Shown piece after piece: positions 35,071 through 49,800 of a stretch of DNA of 64,000 bases; position 1 is the stretch's first letter; each line of letters begins with the position of its first letter. The translations under genes were made by a program, and so were the position numbers. The notes beneath the pieces are model-generated. The model saw only the letters and a list, made by a program, of their open reading frames with translations, had not been told where the DNA came from and did not search any database. Origin of the DNA: Pelomyxa schiedti (Eukaryota; Protista; Evosea); contig JAHLWZ010000828.1 of NCBI GenBank assembly GCA_020536535.1, forward strand, positions 34,799-98,798. The letters run 5' to 3'.

Positions 35071-38000
35071 ATGGACGCAGGGGACCAAGAGTGCGTGGAG
35101 TGGTTGACACGCACCATCGGGTCGTTCTTCGCTGCTTCGGACCAAGACGCCGACGCAGTTGCAGGTGACGTAACCACCCGCCACGCAAAGAACCTGCGCG
35201 ACTTTATAACTTTGCCGGCATGTTGCTTGCTCCAAGCATATCTTGTAAAAACAAATGCAACATCAGCAGCCACCAAGGTATTAACTATAAAAAAACCAAA
35301 ACAAAAAAAAAAAAAAAACAGCAAAAAGGACTGCTGTCACTCTCTTCCCTTTGAAACACCCACAATGAAGTAATAACTTTATACATCAGGTGCAACTCAG
35401 TAACAAAATTGTTAATCCCTTGGCTGCAAGTAATAGCAGTAATAGTGATGGGAACTCTTCTGTTGTGGAATCATGGAGAGCATTGGTTTTTGCAAAACCA
35501 AGAGCTGTGAAGTTGTCAGTGGCCAATGTAGATACAGCAGTTGTGAGTGTGACAATTGGTGGGGGGTCATCATTGGCACACTCGTTCAATGGCCTGTTGC
35601 ACAACTTACTGTGCCCTGTCCTCATGCAGTTTGGCATCCACTATTCTTGATGACACCCAAGACTCACTCTTGATGTTGATTCTTAGGGAAGGTGTTGATT
35701 TAGCACCTAGCCTCAAGTCACTGTTAGCCGAGTTAGAATTAGGATTGACACAGCTTCATGCTTCCACTCAAATTGAAGCTGGTTTTCCTCATTTGCGTAA
35801 TGACTATTCTTACCTTCTTCCTCCCTCAAAACAAAAATTAAAAGACCTTCTGAGCATCCAAACTTTATCTGATGAATTTATGTTTTGGAAAAACATGAAA
35901 GAACAAAAGAAACCAGTTTGCCTTATAGTACTCATTTTTTTAATTCCAACTGTTAAAGGAACTAAATGAAAAATATATGCCAATTTTCAAAGAGATCCAG
36001 AAAATATCTGAGTCATTTACTGATATAATGTGTTTTTCTATTGGTTTTTTCTTTTTTTGTTTTACAATTACTTGAAGATCAAAATCACATGCCCAGCTCT
36101 TGCAAATCCTCAATTCAACAAAAACCTGCATTCAAAGATTGTGGTATTTCACTCCTGCTTACTACCAAAATAAAACCAATCCTGTAGGAAGCTCAAACGC
36201 CACAAGTACTCTGAACTGCGAATGTGGCACCTGTTTACCCTCATTGAAAATGAGCTTGTTAGTTTTGTGCAAAGGAAGTTTCCAAAGTCATCCCTGTGGA
36301 GTTCCCATTTTTCTCAAGTTTTTTTTCTTTTTCCAAACTCTTTTGTAACTTTTTACCCAAGGTTTACACCTCACTTATGCACTCCTACTCACTCTTAAAC
36401 CATTGGGCAGACATCAAACTTACCCTTATTAAACCATGGAGAGAAAATGCTGAACATACGTATTTTTTTAGATCCCATCTTTTATTTGGTATTTGTAACA
36501 CTGTTATTTTAGCTGGATGGGCCAAAGTCACCATAATATGTACTTTGATTTGATGCAAGAAAGATTACAAACAGTAATTCCCTCTCTCTTCAACCGCAAC
36601 AATTCAGTGCTTCTTAGATATTAAAAATTCGATCATTGCACCAACAGATTATCACCCTCATACCTCCATCCAATATTCCACCTGGCATATTTTCCCCCTT
36701 TGAGTCCTTCCACCCACTCCACTGCGATCCCATGACCTGCATTAAGTGGCAGGCATGTCCTACAAAATTATTCTTCCATCTCATACATCTTCAGCAAAGT
36801 ACATCAGTATTTTTTATGTCCCTCGAGCATCTTGTTCCTCTGATAGGAAGTGCTTTACATGCCAAGTGGTCCAAATACCCTATGGAACCCATTGCTGTAC
36901 TTCTAGATGTTATTCGTTATAATGATATTCTGTGCAGTACATCATTACTCTCTGCTCTTGGTCTACCCCCATAACTGCAAAAGAGAATTGACCCCATACA
37001 CAGAATCTGAAAGAAGAGTTTTACTATCCAGGGTATGCAAATTCTTATCTGCCCAATATACAGAAATGCAGTCAAAACGAACTCCTAGTGCAGTACAAAT
37101 TCATTGGCTATATTATTCCTTAATAGTTGCATTTAGGCTTCAACCAACATTACTGATCACACAAAGAGCTTACTCTGGGTGAACCAGCTACAATCAATGG
37201 TGCAATTCGTTGAAAACTTTTCTTCAACTCACTTCTTGAAGGTGGACACAGTTCATCTTGGAATGAACCTATTTAGTGACTTAGATTCACTTGCAGAAAT
37301 CTCTTCTCTCCTGCAGGCCCTGGAATCGGAAATGCGGGCCTATTTGAACGAACTATTTGACTCATGGTGTCAGGTTTTGTTTTGTGAAAACTATGCACTG
37401 TCTTACTCTTACAGAAAGTTGAAAATACTCTGGGTCTCAAATGGGCTAGTTTTAGTGGTTCTTTAATAGAGTTTGTTGCTGGCAAAGCCCAAGTGAGATT
37501 GACCCCAGCATTTCAGATTATTGAGGAGGTTTTTTTTTGTTTTTAGTCTTGGTTTTTTCTGATCTGATACAGAGATCTCAGTTTATTTCATTGGGGTTCT
37601 CACTTCCAGAGAATATGAACTCTTTTTTTTCCGAGTTTGAAGACCTACACAGGTCCCTCTAAGGTGGACTTTTTCCAAATTCAATAAATTTCCCTCAGGC
37701 AATGGATACTTCTAAAACAAATCACAAACCACTACAATGCTCTTTTGACCCAAGTGATACTTTGTCAAAAAGCAATGATATCTCCCTTCTTGCAAGCATT
37801 TGAAGAAAAAATCATACTTACATTAAGTGCGCATCACACTTCTCTTTGGAATGATTAAGTAAGCCCTAAGATGTTGAACCTGGCCAATGGTCAAGTTCTA
37901 CAGCTGAAACTCACATTGAAAATCTTCATAACGAAGTCCAATTTGTACACTTTCCTTTAGAAACTATGGTTTACTACCTCCATACAGATTGCTGAGAAAA

Positions 38001-41000
38001 TTAGACATTTACGGAAGGTGCATTATGAAATTTCTGCAAAAGTGAACTTGCTTTTTCACACAGACTTATCTTCACACTGGTCTGAGATTGTTCAAGAAAT
38101 ACACGCACTGGTTGACAATTTAGATACTGAAGGGTAGTATTCATTTTATTATTAAGGTCTAACTGCTGTAGTTATAAAGGATCTGACATGACTAAATTGC
38201 ACTGGGATCATCAAATATACAAAGCTCTGGACTTTCAATACCGAAGATCACTGGAAACATTAATTGATACATTGCCCAACATTAAATGTGATTTGGTGTA
38301 TGAGCACCAGAGGCTTATTTTCAGGTGCGTGGGAGTGGGAGGAACCTTTGTGTTGAAGTTATTCTCATTTTAGACCACCAATTGAAATTTTGAGGACCAC
38401 ATACTATAACAATGTACAAAAATTTATACGATTCCCTTACACATTTTTGGGAATGGGGAACTCAAATCTGATGTATTTAGTGAGTCAAAATAAAACACAT
38501 AAGTTAATGGACTGATCCTTGTTGTAGAGCATTGTGGAAAAGAACCGAGATAACTTGATTTCTGTTTTCAAAAATGCTGAGGAGCTTTTGGCAGCATTGC
38601 ATAAGGAAAAAGAGCAATTTATTGAATGGACTTCTCTGGACCTCCTTGACCTTGATACCCTTGTAGATGAGAATATAAAAAAAGTTGAAGAATGGGAGGT
38701 GAAAACCAACATCTTTAAAATCTTACTTGTAATCTTAATTACTATAGTACAACTTCCGAATTGTGCAAGCAAAGTTGCAACAAGTGGATCACCTTCCAAA
38801 TGAAAAAAAGCTTGGTTGCTTAACTGTTTCCTTTACCCCTGTCAAGGCTACAATTGAGGATCATCTCAACAATTTACTCGATTCTCTAGTTTCATCCCTT
38901 GGAAAGTCAATAAGATTGTCAATTGCAAAGATAGACAATTTCCTGGATACTTCTATCACATTCTTGAGGTATTTCTTCCTCGAAAAGGTTTCTCTGAAAC
39001 AGTTCTTAGTGAGTCACCCTCCACACTGGCACAGATGACTGAAGTGGGTGTAGAATACAACAACATTGCTTTAGAGTACTCAAAGTCTGGTCACATTCTT
39101 CAAGAAATTGACGAAAAGAATAGGTCAAATCTATCGATCTCTTCATCTTGTTTAATTCTGTAGATTATTATGTCACATCAATGGTTCCGGGATAGATCTA
39201 GCAACATTGCAAAATAAATGGGTCAACCTTGAGTATTCACTGAGCATGTACAAGCAAATGACAGATAAAAAATCAGTGATACTGAAGCAAGAGACAGACC
39301 AACATGCAAAAGTCCTACAGACATGTATTACTAAACTGGCAAAAGAATGGGTATTAAAGTTAACAAGCATCCCAAGGAAAACTCATTCCCACACCTAGGC
39401 ATCACACAAACCAAATTATCAGGCAGTGTCCGATAAGAAATCCGCTCTAGCCGCAATGGAAGTCATGCTAAATTTCTCTTCTAAATTCCAAGAGATCCAG
39501 GGGGAAGCAGATATACTTTCATCCGAGAGAAAACAATTCGGAATTATACAAAGACCAATTCCAGGCTTACAAGAGCTAGATCATGATATTACTCAGGTTG
39601 TGTTGGAGGTTTTATGCTTCTGACAGTACACAGCATGCATTATCCTGGAATCTGTACAAAACCTATATGGAAGAAAAAAAGCAAATTGGAAAAAGCCTCT
39701 GGACTAAGTTTAGGATTAAAAGAGGAGAGTTTAGTGATTTTATCAACCGTTGGCAGCACACCACCAAGGTTCAACTTTTTCCCATGGCTAGTCATCTCAA
39801 TCTTGTTAAAGAAAGCCCTGAAACAAAAGCAAGTACATGAATATATAGCTAGCTGGATCCGCCAAGACCTGGAAAAAAGTCAAAACCTTTGCCCTTTGCT
39901 TCAGTAAGTACAAACTTTCTTTAAAAGATTTCCAAAATAGGAAAAATAGAAATGTGCGAGGAGAAGCATTTAGCAGTGAACATTGGCATACCCTCTTCCT
40001 CCTTGTTGACATCCATATTACCGACATTTCACAACTTCAGTTGAAACATTTTCTTTCACACTCTGCCAACATGTTTGCTCATGAGAGACAAATAAAGGAG
40101 GTGTGCTATCTTAAATGAACTAAGATCCTCAACCCCACCCTAGCTCCAAGCCCGAGCCAAAGGTGAGATTGCAATTCGTGAGGCCATAGAAGACTTGAAG
40201 CTGTGGGCTAATTCTACTGTACATATAAATTTTTACTTTTTTTTTTTACCAGTTCTTTAGACTTTCTCAATGTATGAGCATGAAGATGGAGCCCGAACAA
40301 CTCCATTAATTAAAGACTGGAAAGAGTTACTTTCATCAATAGGGGACCACCAGGCTGTGCTTGCCTCACTTAAGGATACACAATATTATAAGGTACTATC
40401 TAATACCGGCTGGTACCTCACACTTCAAAGATTTTTGCTGACCAAGTTCATCAATGGGAAATGAAACTAGGAAACTTAGATCACTACATACACACTTTAA
40501 ATACAGTACAAAGAAAATGGGTATTACTACAACATTTAATCTACTTGGTTGTTTAAATTGTCAGGTCTATTTGAAACCAATTTTTGCCCAAGGAGCACTA
40601 CCACATGAAGAGGACAGATTTAGTTCTATCGATTCCAAGTTCGTTGATATTGTTACCAATCTTGCACTAAACCGACAGGTTTGCCTAAAGTACAATACCA
40701 ACTTCATGAACCAACAATAGGTTATGCAACTTGTTGAAATTCCAGGAATCGGGGAAACTTTGCATGTTCTTGAGGAACAACTTGAAAGGTGGCTTTCCAG
40801 AAAATTATGGTCGTCACTTATAGAGAATACCAAGATGTCAAAATGCCTTATCAAATTACCTTGAGGAAAAGCGATCACTATTTCCACGTTTTTATTTCCT
40901 TGGTGATGATGATCTACTCGAAATATTGGGCCAAGCTAAAAAACCAAGTGTGATTCAGGCACATCTTAAGAAACTTTTTCAGGGGTTGCATCAGGTATTC

Positions 41001-43757
41001 GACCCGCCACCTTTTATTTGTTTGGCTGGATTAAAAAGAAATGCAGGTCAATTTTTCACCTGACAGTAAGGATATAGTTTCAATTGGGAGTGGTGAGGGT
41101 GAAATCGTACCACTTAGAAACCCTGTTGCTGTATCCTTACAAGTAGAAGGATGGCTAAATGCACTCGCTGTTGAAATGGTGAACACACTGAAAGGTCCCA
41201 TTAATAATTATTATTGCCGGAGTAATATAAAATAATAGCCTCCCTCCCAAAGTGTCTCCAGAACTCCAACTTTGATGATTTCCCATGTCAGATTCTCTGC
41301 TTAGCAGATTCAATAAACTTTACTTACCGCTGTGAATCTGCTTTAGAGTCACAAACAAGCTCCAAACCGTAATGCATATTCTGATTTTTCCTGTGAATTG
41401 AGCCTCTAGCAGAACATTACTGGATATTAAAGCAGATCTATATAAAGCCCTGGCAACCTGGACAGTTTACAGCACTGAAACAAAGACTCAACTTTCTAAG
41501 TTGAAGTCCATAATCTTGGACATCATACATAACCGTGATGTGGTGGAGCTCCTTCTTTGTGATAAGGTGTCTTGTCTCCTTTTCCAAGAAGTAATTGACC
41601 TTTCCTTTCAGGTATCCCATATTAGTGAATGGGCTTGGCAAAAGCAACTACGATACTATTTTCAAGAGGGTGTTGCAGCCATTCATATGGGTGAGGGAAT
41701 TTTCTCCTATTCCTATGAGTACCAAGGAAACGCCCCAAAGCTTGTCTACACACCACTCACTGACAAGGCATATTTGACTCTCACTCAGGTAAATTGATTC
41801 AGGAATGCTTTAACTGACTGCAAAAGGGTATTATGCGTGGGTTTGGAGGAAATCCGTATGGTCCTGCTGGCACAGGAAAAACAGAGTCTGTCAAAGCTCT
41901 TGGGCAAGTATGGACTTACCTTTCTTTTCAGCTTTGACATTTGCTAAGATTCTTGGCCGTCACGTATTGGTGTTTAATTGTGATGAAGGCATTGATTTCC
42001 AAAGCATGGGCAGAATGTTTACTGGAATTGTTAAATGTGGGGCCTGGGGTTGCTTTGATGAGTTTAATCGGTTAGATGAAGAAGTTTTGTCAGCAGTATC
42101 CCAACAAATTCAAGTAAATCCTGTGAATTTTTTTTTTTCTCATCAATTATAAATGTAGACAATACAAGGAGCACTGAAGAATGTACTCCCCAATGTGCAA
42201 CTTCTTGATAAAGTTGTTGAAGTAAACCGCACATCAGGTATTAAACTCCCAAAAATCCTCCTATCAGACATTAAAATACATCAGGAATTTTTGTTACTAT
42301 GAACCCTGCAGGAAAGGGTTATGGTGGCCGTTCTAAATTACCAGATAATCTGAAACAACTCTTCAGACCAGTTGCAATGTCAGCACCTGATTTAACCATG
42401 ATAGCTGAAGTATCTCTAAAGATGAAGCAATTCTCAAATAACGCTTCCAGGTCATTTTGCTATCGGAAGGTTTCACTCACGCCAAAGAACTTGGACTCAA
42501 GCTTGTATCAATATTCAGCTTATGCAAGCAACTGCTTTCAGCTCAACAGCACTATGACTGGGGTTTGCGAGCTTTGAAGTCTATTTTAACTATGGGTGGA
42601 AGCCAAGTCCAGGTGATCTCTGGCTTTTCCCTACCTTTTTGTAAACTTTTCCAGGAGGAAAGGAAGAGAAGCAATAAGTGTGCCCTGGACAAAAATATCG
42701 AGCAAGCAATAATAGTTCGAGCTCTGCACCTCAGTACAGCATCAAAACTTGTCCAAGTTGACGCACTGAGATTCCAAGGCTTAATATCTGACGTTTTCCA
42801 AGATAGTCAAATAAACTTGGTTCGTGTACTTATATTCAAGTTAAGTAGCTGATCCCAGGGTAGAGTCTTTCCAGCAATCTCTTTGAAAAAATTCAAGAGT
42901 GCCTTCTTAAGAAACAATTGGCAGTCAGTGAAAAGCAAGTTGGGAAAGTCCTGCAGGTTTTTTTCTTCTTTTTTCCAATGTAACACCTGCATTGGCAGCT
43001 TTGGGAAATTATCAAGCAGAGGATGGGTGTAGTTATTGTTGGTCCATCTGGTTGTGGAAAGTCTACCATCATTAGAGTTTTAAAGTATCCTCTTATATTT
43101 GTGTGAGATAATGGAACATCCACAGGTCATCTATTCAGAAGGCAAACAAATGCACAGTACATCTTTACAAGTTCAACCCAAAGGCTGTTAGCCGCGTTCA
43201 TCTGCTTGGCAATTTGGATCCAGACACTCGTGAATGGACAGATGGAATACTCACTGCTGCTTGTCGAGTCGTAGCAAGAGAGGCTTCTGATGACTTGCAC
43301 TGGATCGTATGTGATGGTGACATAGATCCTGTCTGGATTGAGTCTCTCAACAGTGTGCTCGATGACAATAGGTGACACCTTCTATCCCTCTTCTTACTAA
43401 CCCTCACATCTAGAATGCTGTCTCTACCGAATGGCAGGCACTGATCTCTTTTTCTCCCATTAACTCACAAAACAGGTGAACACATCCACTTTGGCTCTAA
43501 TGTAAACTTCCTGTTTGAAACGGACAGTGTGCATTTTGCCTCACCTGCAACAATCAGCAGGATGGGTATGATTTTTATGTCTGATGAGGATATCGATATT
43601 AAGGTCGAATTTTTACCTATTTGAGCACTGGCTCATTCTTCCTAAGGCTATTGTTTTATCATGGATTTCAAGTCAACCTGTCGAACTCCAGGATAAACTA
43701 CGAGCAATGTTTAAAACATATTTCTATCGGGCACTTGATGCAGTGAGAAAGGTTTCT

Positions 43758-43802
<45 letters not shown>

Positions 43803-46800
43803 AGCCCCGGCACCCCCCCTTATTAACACTACTAGTTCTCATCTGTAGTGGACACGACCCTGGTGGGACTTGTAAAAAATGGGTTATCTCACCTTCATGG
43901 AGCCTCACACAAAGTTGGCCTTTGTCATCTTTTCTGAATTCTAAGCATTGCCAAGATGGAATTTGCCCTTGGGCTTATACGTGGGCTTGGAGGCAATCTC
44001 ACAGAAGAGAAGAGAGCTCAGTTTGGGTCTGAAGTATTTTCTTTCTTTGGGGAGACACCCCTTGATCGAAGGAGGCCCTGGACTGGTGTGGTGGACAAAG
44101 TGACTGGAAAACTTTCTGTACCAAAATCTCTTCACACTCCTACCTGAGTTCTAAGTAGCCTAGATACATTCTCCACCCAACAGTGATGCTCAAAGACTAC
44201 CCACGGACTTATTTGTAGAAACTACAGAGGGTCTAAGTAATGCGGATATGTTACTCCCTTGCTTGCACAACATGGAACCAATTCTTCTGGTGGGGCCAGA
44301 AGGCTGTGGCAAGTCACTGCTTCTTAGGTTTCCTGCATCTTTCCCTCATGAATGTAATAGTTTTCCATAGATATTGTTTTTCTCTATTAAAATCGACTAC
44401 TGTTGCAACTTTACATTGTGGTTCACAGACTACCTCTAGTCATGTAATAATAAAGTTGAATCAACACTGTGTTCTTCAATCCTCCACCAGTGGCCGTGTA
44501 TACAGGTTTGATTTTTTGAATAAGTTTCTCACCATGATAGCTCACATTTTGTTAGGCCAAAGGACTCTGATCGACTGATTCTATATTTGAAGGATATAAA
44601 CCTCCCCACACCCGACAAGTATGACACTATACAACTGGTATGTCAACTATTTGAGTCACTCAAATATGAAAGTTCCAGTTAACAATTATGTAGATTGCTT
44701 TCTTACAACAGATAATAACCTACAACTCCTTTTATGATGAAAAAGGAGAAAAACTATCACTTGAACGCATCTGCATTGGTAATTGACCTTCACTGATATT
44801 TTTTTTTAAAATCCAAATAAGTTTGTTCCATTACACCAAGTGTTGGTCGGTTTTCCCTCAGCACTCGGTTTACAGCAATCACAAAAATATTTTATATTTC
44901 CTACCCAGACAAAGCACAGCTACAACAAGTAGCACATACATATTGAGTCTAACTAACTAGCAATCATAGATATGCTCTACTTACTTGAAATCGGTCACAC
45001 CATCACTCACTGATTCCTTACTCAACCAACAAGAAAATATTCCCCGATTAGCAACAAGTATGGTCACAGTGTTTGAGGAGGCATGCATCCCTCACCACTG
45101 TTATTTCCTAACAAAGGCAGGTTACCCAACGCTTCACCACTGATTTACAACCCCACTATATTTTCACGCCAAGAGGTTCCTCCATCACCCATATTTTCTT
45201 GTCTAACAAGCAGTAGATTTAGTTCAGTGGATATTAGGGTTAGAACATTATTCTGTAAGGGAGAACTTTTTCCATGTTGAGTCCTTCATTTTTTTTGGGC
45301 TTTTCCTCAACTTTGATAGATTTGGAAATATGAAGCGTGCAGGGTATTTAGAGATCGTTTAGTTGCTGAAAGTCACCAACGTGCTTTTGACATGGTGCTA
45401 AATAAAGTATTAAAAAGTGACTGGCAAATGGAAGTTGACATACGGGGTGAATTTTTCACCACTTGGTCTGGTAAGGTTACTCAAGCAAAAGGAAATACTT
45501 TGACAAACAATACAGAACAACCTTCACACTCAACACTGCTTGACAGAACCCCAAGGAAGCAAGTTTTGTCTCGTATAGCCAAAGAACTGTCACTGTTTGA
45601 ACGTGAGATGCGAGATCTAAATATTGTTCTATTCATGGAAATTCTGGATCATATGGCGCGATTGGACAGGTCATTCACTTTTGATTCACTCTCGTTCTAA
45701 TCTTTCATTCAGGGTTTTATCTCTTCCGGGTGGGTCTATTCTACTTGTTGGTAAGAGTGGAGTTGGACGTGGCAGTGCCGTTTCACTTGTGGCCTTCATT
45801 AATCGCTACAGACTCATCACACCCTCCATTTCGCCTCAATATGGTTTAAAACATTTTCACAGTGATATCAAGCAGGTTCCTTCAATCTCCTAATTAAACA
45901 GCAAAGTTACTCCCTTAGGTACTTCAAATTGCTGGAATAGAGGGAGAAAAAGTTGTTTTTCTTCTCGAAGACCATCAACTTGGCGATAAATCTTTCCTTC
46001 CCTGTGTTAACAGCCTTCTATCGTCTGGGGAAGTATGTCAAAATTTTCTCGCACTTCAGATTGAAGTTGATGACAAACAAGATCCCTGGCCTGTACAACA
46101 TAGAGGAAATTGAACCCCTATGTGCCCCACTCAAAGAGAAGTGCGCAGATGCTGGATTTTTTGGCTCTCTTTATCAGTTCTTTATTGAACGAGTGAAAGC
46201 TAATTTGCACATTGCCCTCGTTATGGACGATTCCAATAAAGACTTTTTGCCGAACTGCCAGTCAAATCCATCTCTTTTCACTAAGTGCGTGATTCAATGG
46301 TGGGAACAGTGGGGGCATGATGTGGTAAGCCACCTTCCAATAGAAATGCTGAAGGACGTCCTCCCAGTCAACGATGCCACAAAGTTTATACCCTATTCCA
46401 GTATTCCTTCATTTAATTCCTTTCTTTAGTACAAGCACCCTTTTTGATCAGCTTCTTCAAATTCATAAAAGTATGGAAACACAAGGAGTAACTCCAAGAA
46501 AATTCGTCACTTTTATCTCAACATTCAAGATTGTGTGTACTTAATAACAGATATACTTCCATAACTTGTTGTAGATATACAACGCCAAGTGCCAACAAGC
46601 TAAAAAGGAGAAAAGTAGTTTGTCAGCAGGGCTGACTAAACTAGGTGAAGCTTCAGCAACCGTGAGCACCTTGTCCAAGGATGCTGCTGTCAAACGTGAG
46701 CAACTTCAGTTATCTAAATCTCAAGCCAGTTCTGTGTGTGCTTCTATTTCTAAGATTCTGCTTAATGGATGTAGATGATGATACAAATTAAAGAAAAAAT

Positions 46801-49800
46801 GCAAGTTATGGCAAAACAACAAGAAGAAATGACTGCTCTCAATGGTGTATTAGTGGAGGAACAAACTCGGACATCACAACAAAAAGAATCTGTACAGGGA
46901 AAATTAAGTGAGATTCAGCCTCTTCTGGATGGAGCCCGAAACCTTGTCAAAGGCCTTACCCGCCGAAATATCGAAGAGATGCGTACATTGAGAACTCCTA
47001 GGTCATTTCCCCTCCAACATCCGACTGTAATGTGACATTATCCAGTCAAACAATATGCGATATAATGGAGGGTGTTGTGAGATTAACAGGAGACACTAAC
47101 ACTACATGGCCAGCCATAAAAGCTGTCCTTGGCCGTTCTCAAATAATCAATGAACTTGTTAACTTCGATCCCGAGCAGGTAATGTACCAAGTCCATTTTA
47201 CTTCCCAGTTTCTCAGTTTGAAAAGGTTACTGTTGAGCAGAGGAGAGCTGTAGAAAAACTTCTTCTTGAGCGACAGTATTCATTTGAACCTGTCAATGCA
47301 CGCCACGCATGTCAAGCAGCTCTGCCTCTTGCCCAGGTTCACCACACAACCGTTCTTTCTAGATAATCTTTCTAGTGGGTTACTGCCGTTGTTAAATACT
47401 CTGAAGTCAAACACGCAATAGCACCACTAGAGCGAGACTTTGCGGCAGCTAGTGCCCAATTAGCTGCCACTGAAGAGAAGCTCTCTGTTCTAAAAGCAAC
47501 CATGAATCAGGTACTGTCCCTCCAGTGCTGTATCTCTTTGCTTACAGCTTTTTCCTTTCCAAGTTGGTCACAGATATCGAAACCCTCAAGACACAATACC
47601 AGAAAACAACAGAAGACGCTATGAGGAATCAAATTGCTCTAGAGGGCACAGAAAAGGTGTTGTTTCACTTGTCAACTTCCAGACTAATAGCAAGGCTTAG
47701 ACACTGGCCAAGGCAAAAGCACTTCTAAATAAACTTGGAGTAGAACAGAATAGATGGACAGGCAGGCAACGAGAAATTGAGAAACTTCTATCGATGACGG
47801 CAGTTGGATCACTGCTTGCAGCTGCTTTTGTTACTTACCTTGGCTCTGCAAATGAGGATATGCGAGCAGCAACTACATCCAAGTGGAAAGAGTGTGCTCC
47901 ATCTTTCTCATCTTTTTCCAACTTCTATTGTCTATGGGTAAAACCAGAATTTGTGGACAGAAAGAATGGAGTTTTGTGACGTTCCTGAGCAACGAAACTG
48001 AGCTTGCTGCCATGAGAAAGGATGGCTTACCAAGTGACAGTTTATCTGCGGAAAATGCCCTCATTATAAACTGGACCCCAGTGTATGTGTCACCCAGAAT
48101 TTATCCAAAAAATGACCCGCAGAATAGTGTGCCGTTTATAATAGATCCCTCATCTACTTCTGAGAACTGGCTAATGAATTTTGCGAGCTCAAAAAGTGAA
48201 TATCACCCTGAAGCAGGGGATGAACAAGCAGTAAAAACACGAGTGGAAGTAGTTACGCAAGGTGATCCCAAGCTAGTCAATAAACTTGAATTGGCTGTCC
48301 GGTTTGGAAAAACACTTGTTATACAAGTTGCGTTATTTTATCGTATCTTTGGCTCAAATTATTTAAGGAAGCAGATAAAATTCACCCTGTACTATTTCCG
48401 CTTTTGCGGAAATCGTTTTCTAAGCAGGGGCCCCAGGTGACAATTCAAATAGGTATCTCATTGTGGAGACTATGCTCTGAAAAACACTTTTTAATGGTAT
48501 TAAGGGGATAGACAAGTCACTTATTCAGATGACTTTCGTATGTTCTTACTCACCAGAGATCCCCAACCTGACTTGACTCCTGATGCACGTGCCCTGATTT
48601 GTGAGGTCTTATGTACTCTTTCACTAGAAATACTGAAGGCCTTTCCAGGTAAATTATACTGTAACGAGATCTGGCCTTGAGGGTCAGCTTCTTGGTATTG
48701 CTCTTACTTCAGAGAAACCCTCACTGGAGCAAAAAAGCATCCAAGCCCTCATTGATGAAGACCGAGCAAAACTCGAGATGCTCGCCATTGAAGAAAAACT
48801 GCTAACCGATTTGGGAAATGCCTCAGGAAACATCTTGGAGAATGTGGCATTACAAGACTCACTCAACGAGACAAAGCAGAAAGCTTCAGAAATAGCACTC
48901 ACCCTTTCTAAGAGTGCAACTCTGAAAGTACTGTTCTCCTATTGCAGTCTTTTCCTGTGTCACATTCCTTAGACCCAACTAGACTCTGAGAGGAATTTAT
49001 ACAAACCAATAGCCACTACTGGCAGTAAGCTTTTTTTTATGCTCTCCGAGCTTCACAAGGTATTAATTACTACTGTGGAAATTTTGAAGCCTCACTTTTT
49101 AAAGATCAATAGCATGTATTGTTACTCATTGACAAGTTTTCTACCAATCTTCAAGCGTGCTTTGGGAATTCCAAATGACCAAGCAGAAAACGTGAAACTC
49201 CGAATCAACAGCATTATTGAATGTCTACAAAAGTCTCTTTTTGAATATATTGCTCGGTCTATTTTCAAGGGTGACAGATTGACGTTCTCCATGCATATGG
49301 TGCACATAATGAAACCCGAATTATTTCAACAAAAAGTGCATCTCTTTAAAGAAGACTACAGTGAATTTAACTGAATAACAGGAATGGGAAGTTTTCGTTG
49401 GGCAGACGGCAGAAACTAGCCTCTCATCCCCTAATTTTCCTTCATGGATTACTGCAGGTTCCAAAGATCAAATAACGTTTTTCGCAGAACTAGAGGTATT
49501 AAGAACTGTCACGTCGAGTTTCTTTAACTGGTCTAGACTGTGTTCCCCTCCGTTCTGGCCGCGTTCTCTCTCACGCAAAATACTTTATGGGCAAATTGGA
49601 GCATACATGTGGAATGTGAAATGTCATTTCCTTCACAGATTGTAGCCAAGACAACACCATTCCAACGTTTGCTGCTTATAAAAGCTCTTCGTCCGGACAG
49701 ACTAGAATCTGCGAGTGTGCCTACACACTTATTCGAAAGTCCCGTTAACTTTTTCCAAAAAGTGGCCAATTTTTGTACCGCGGCCTTATCTCTGCCAAGC

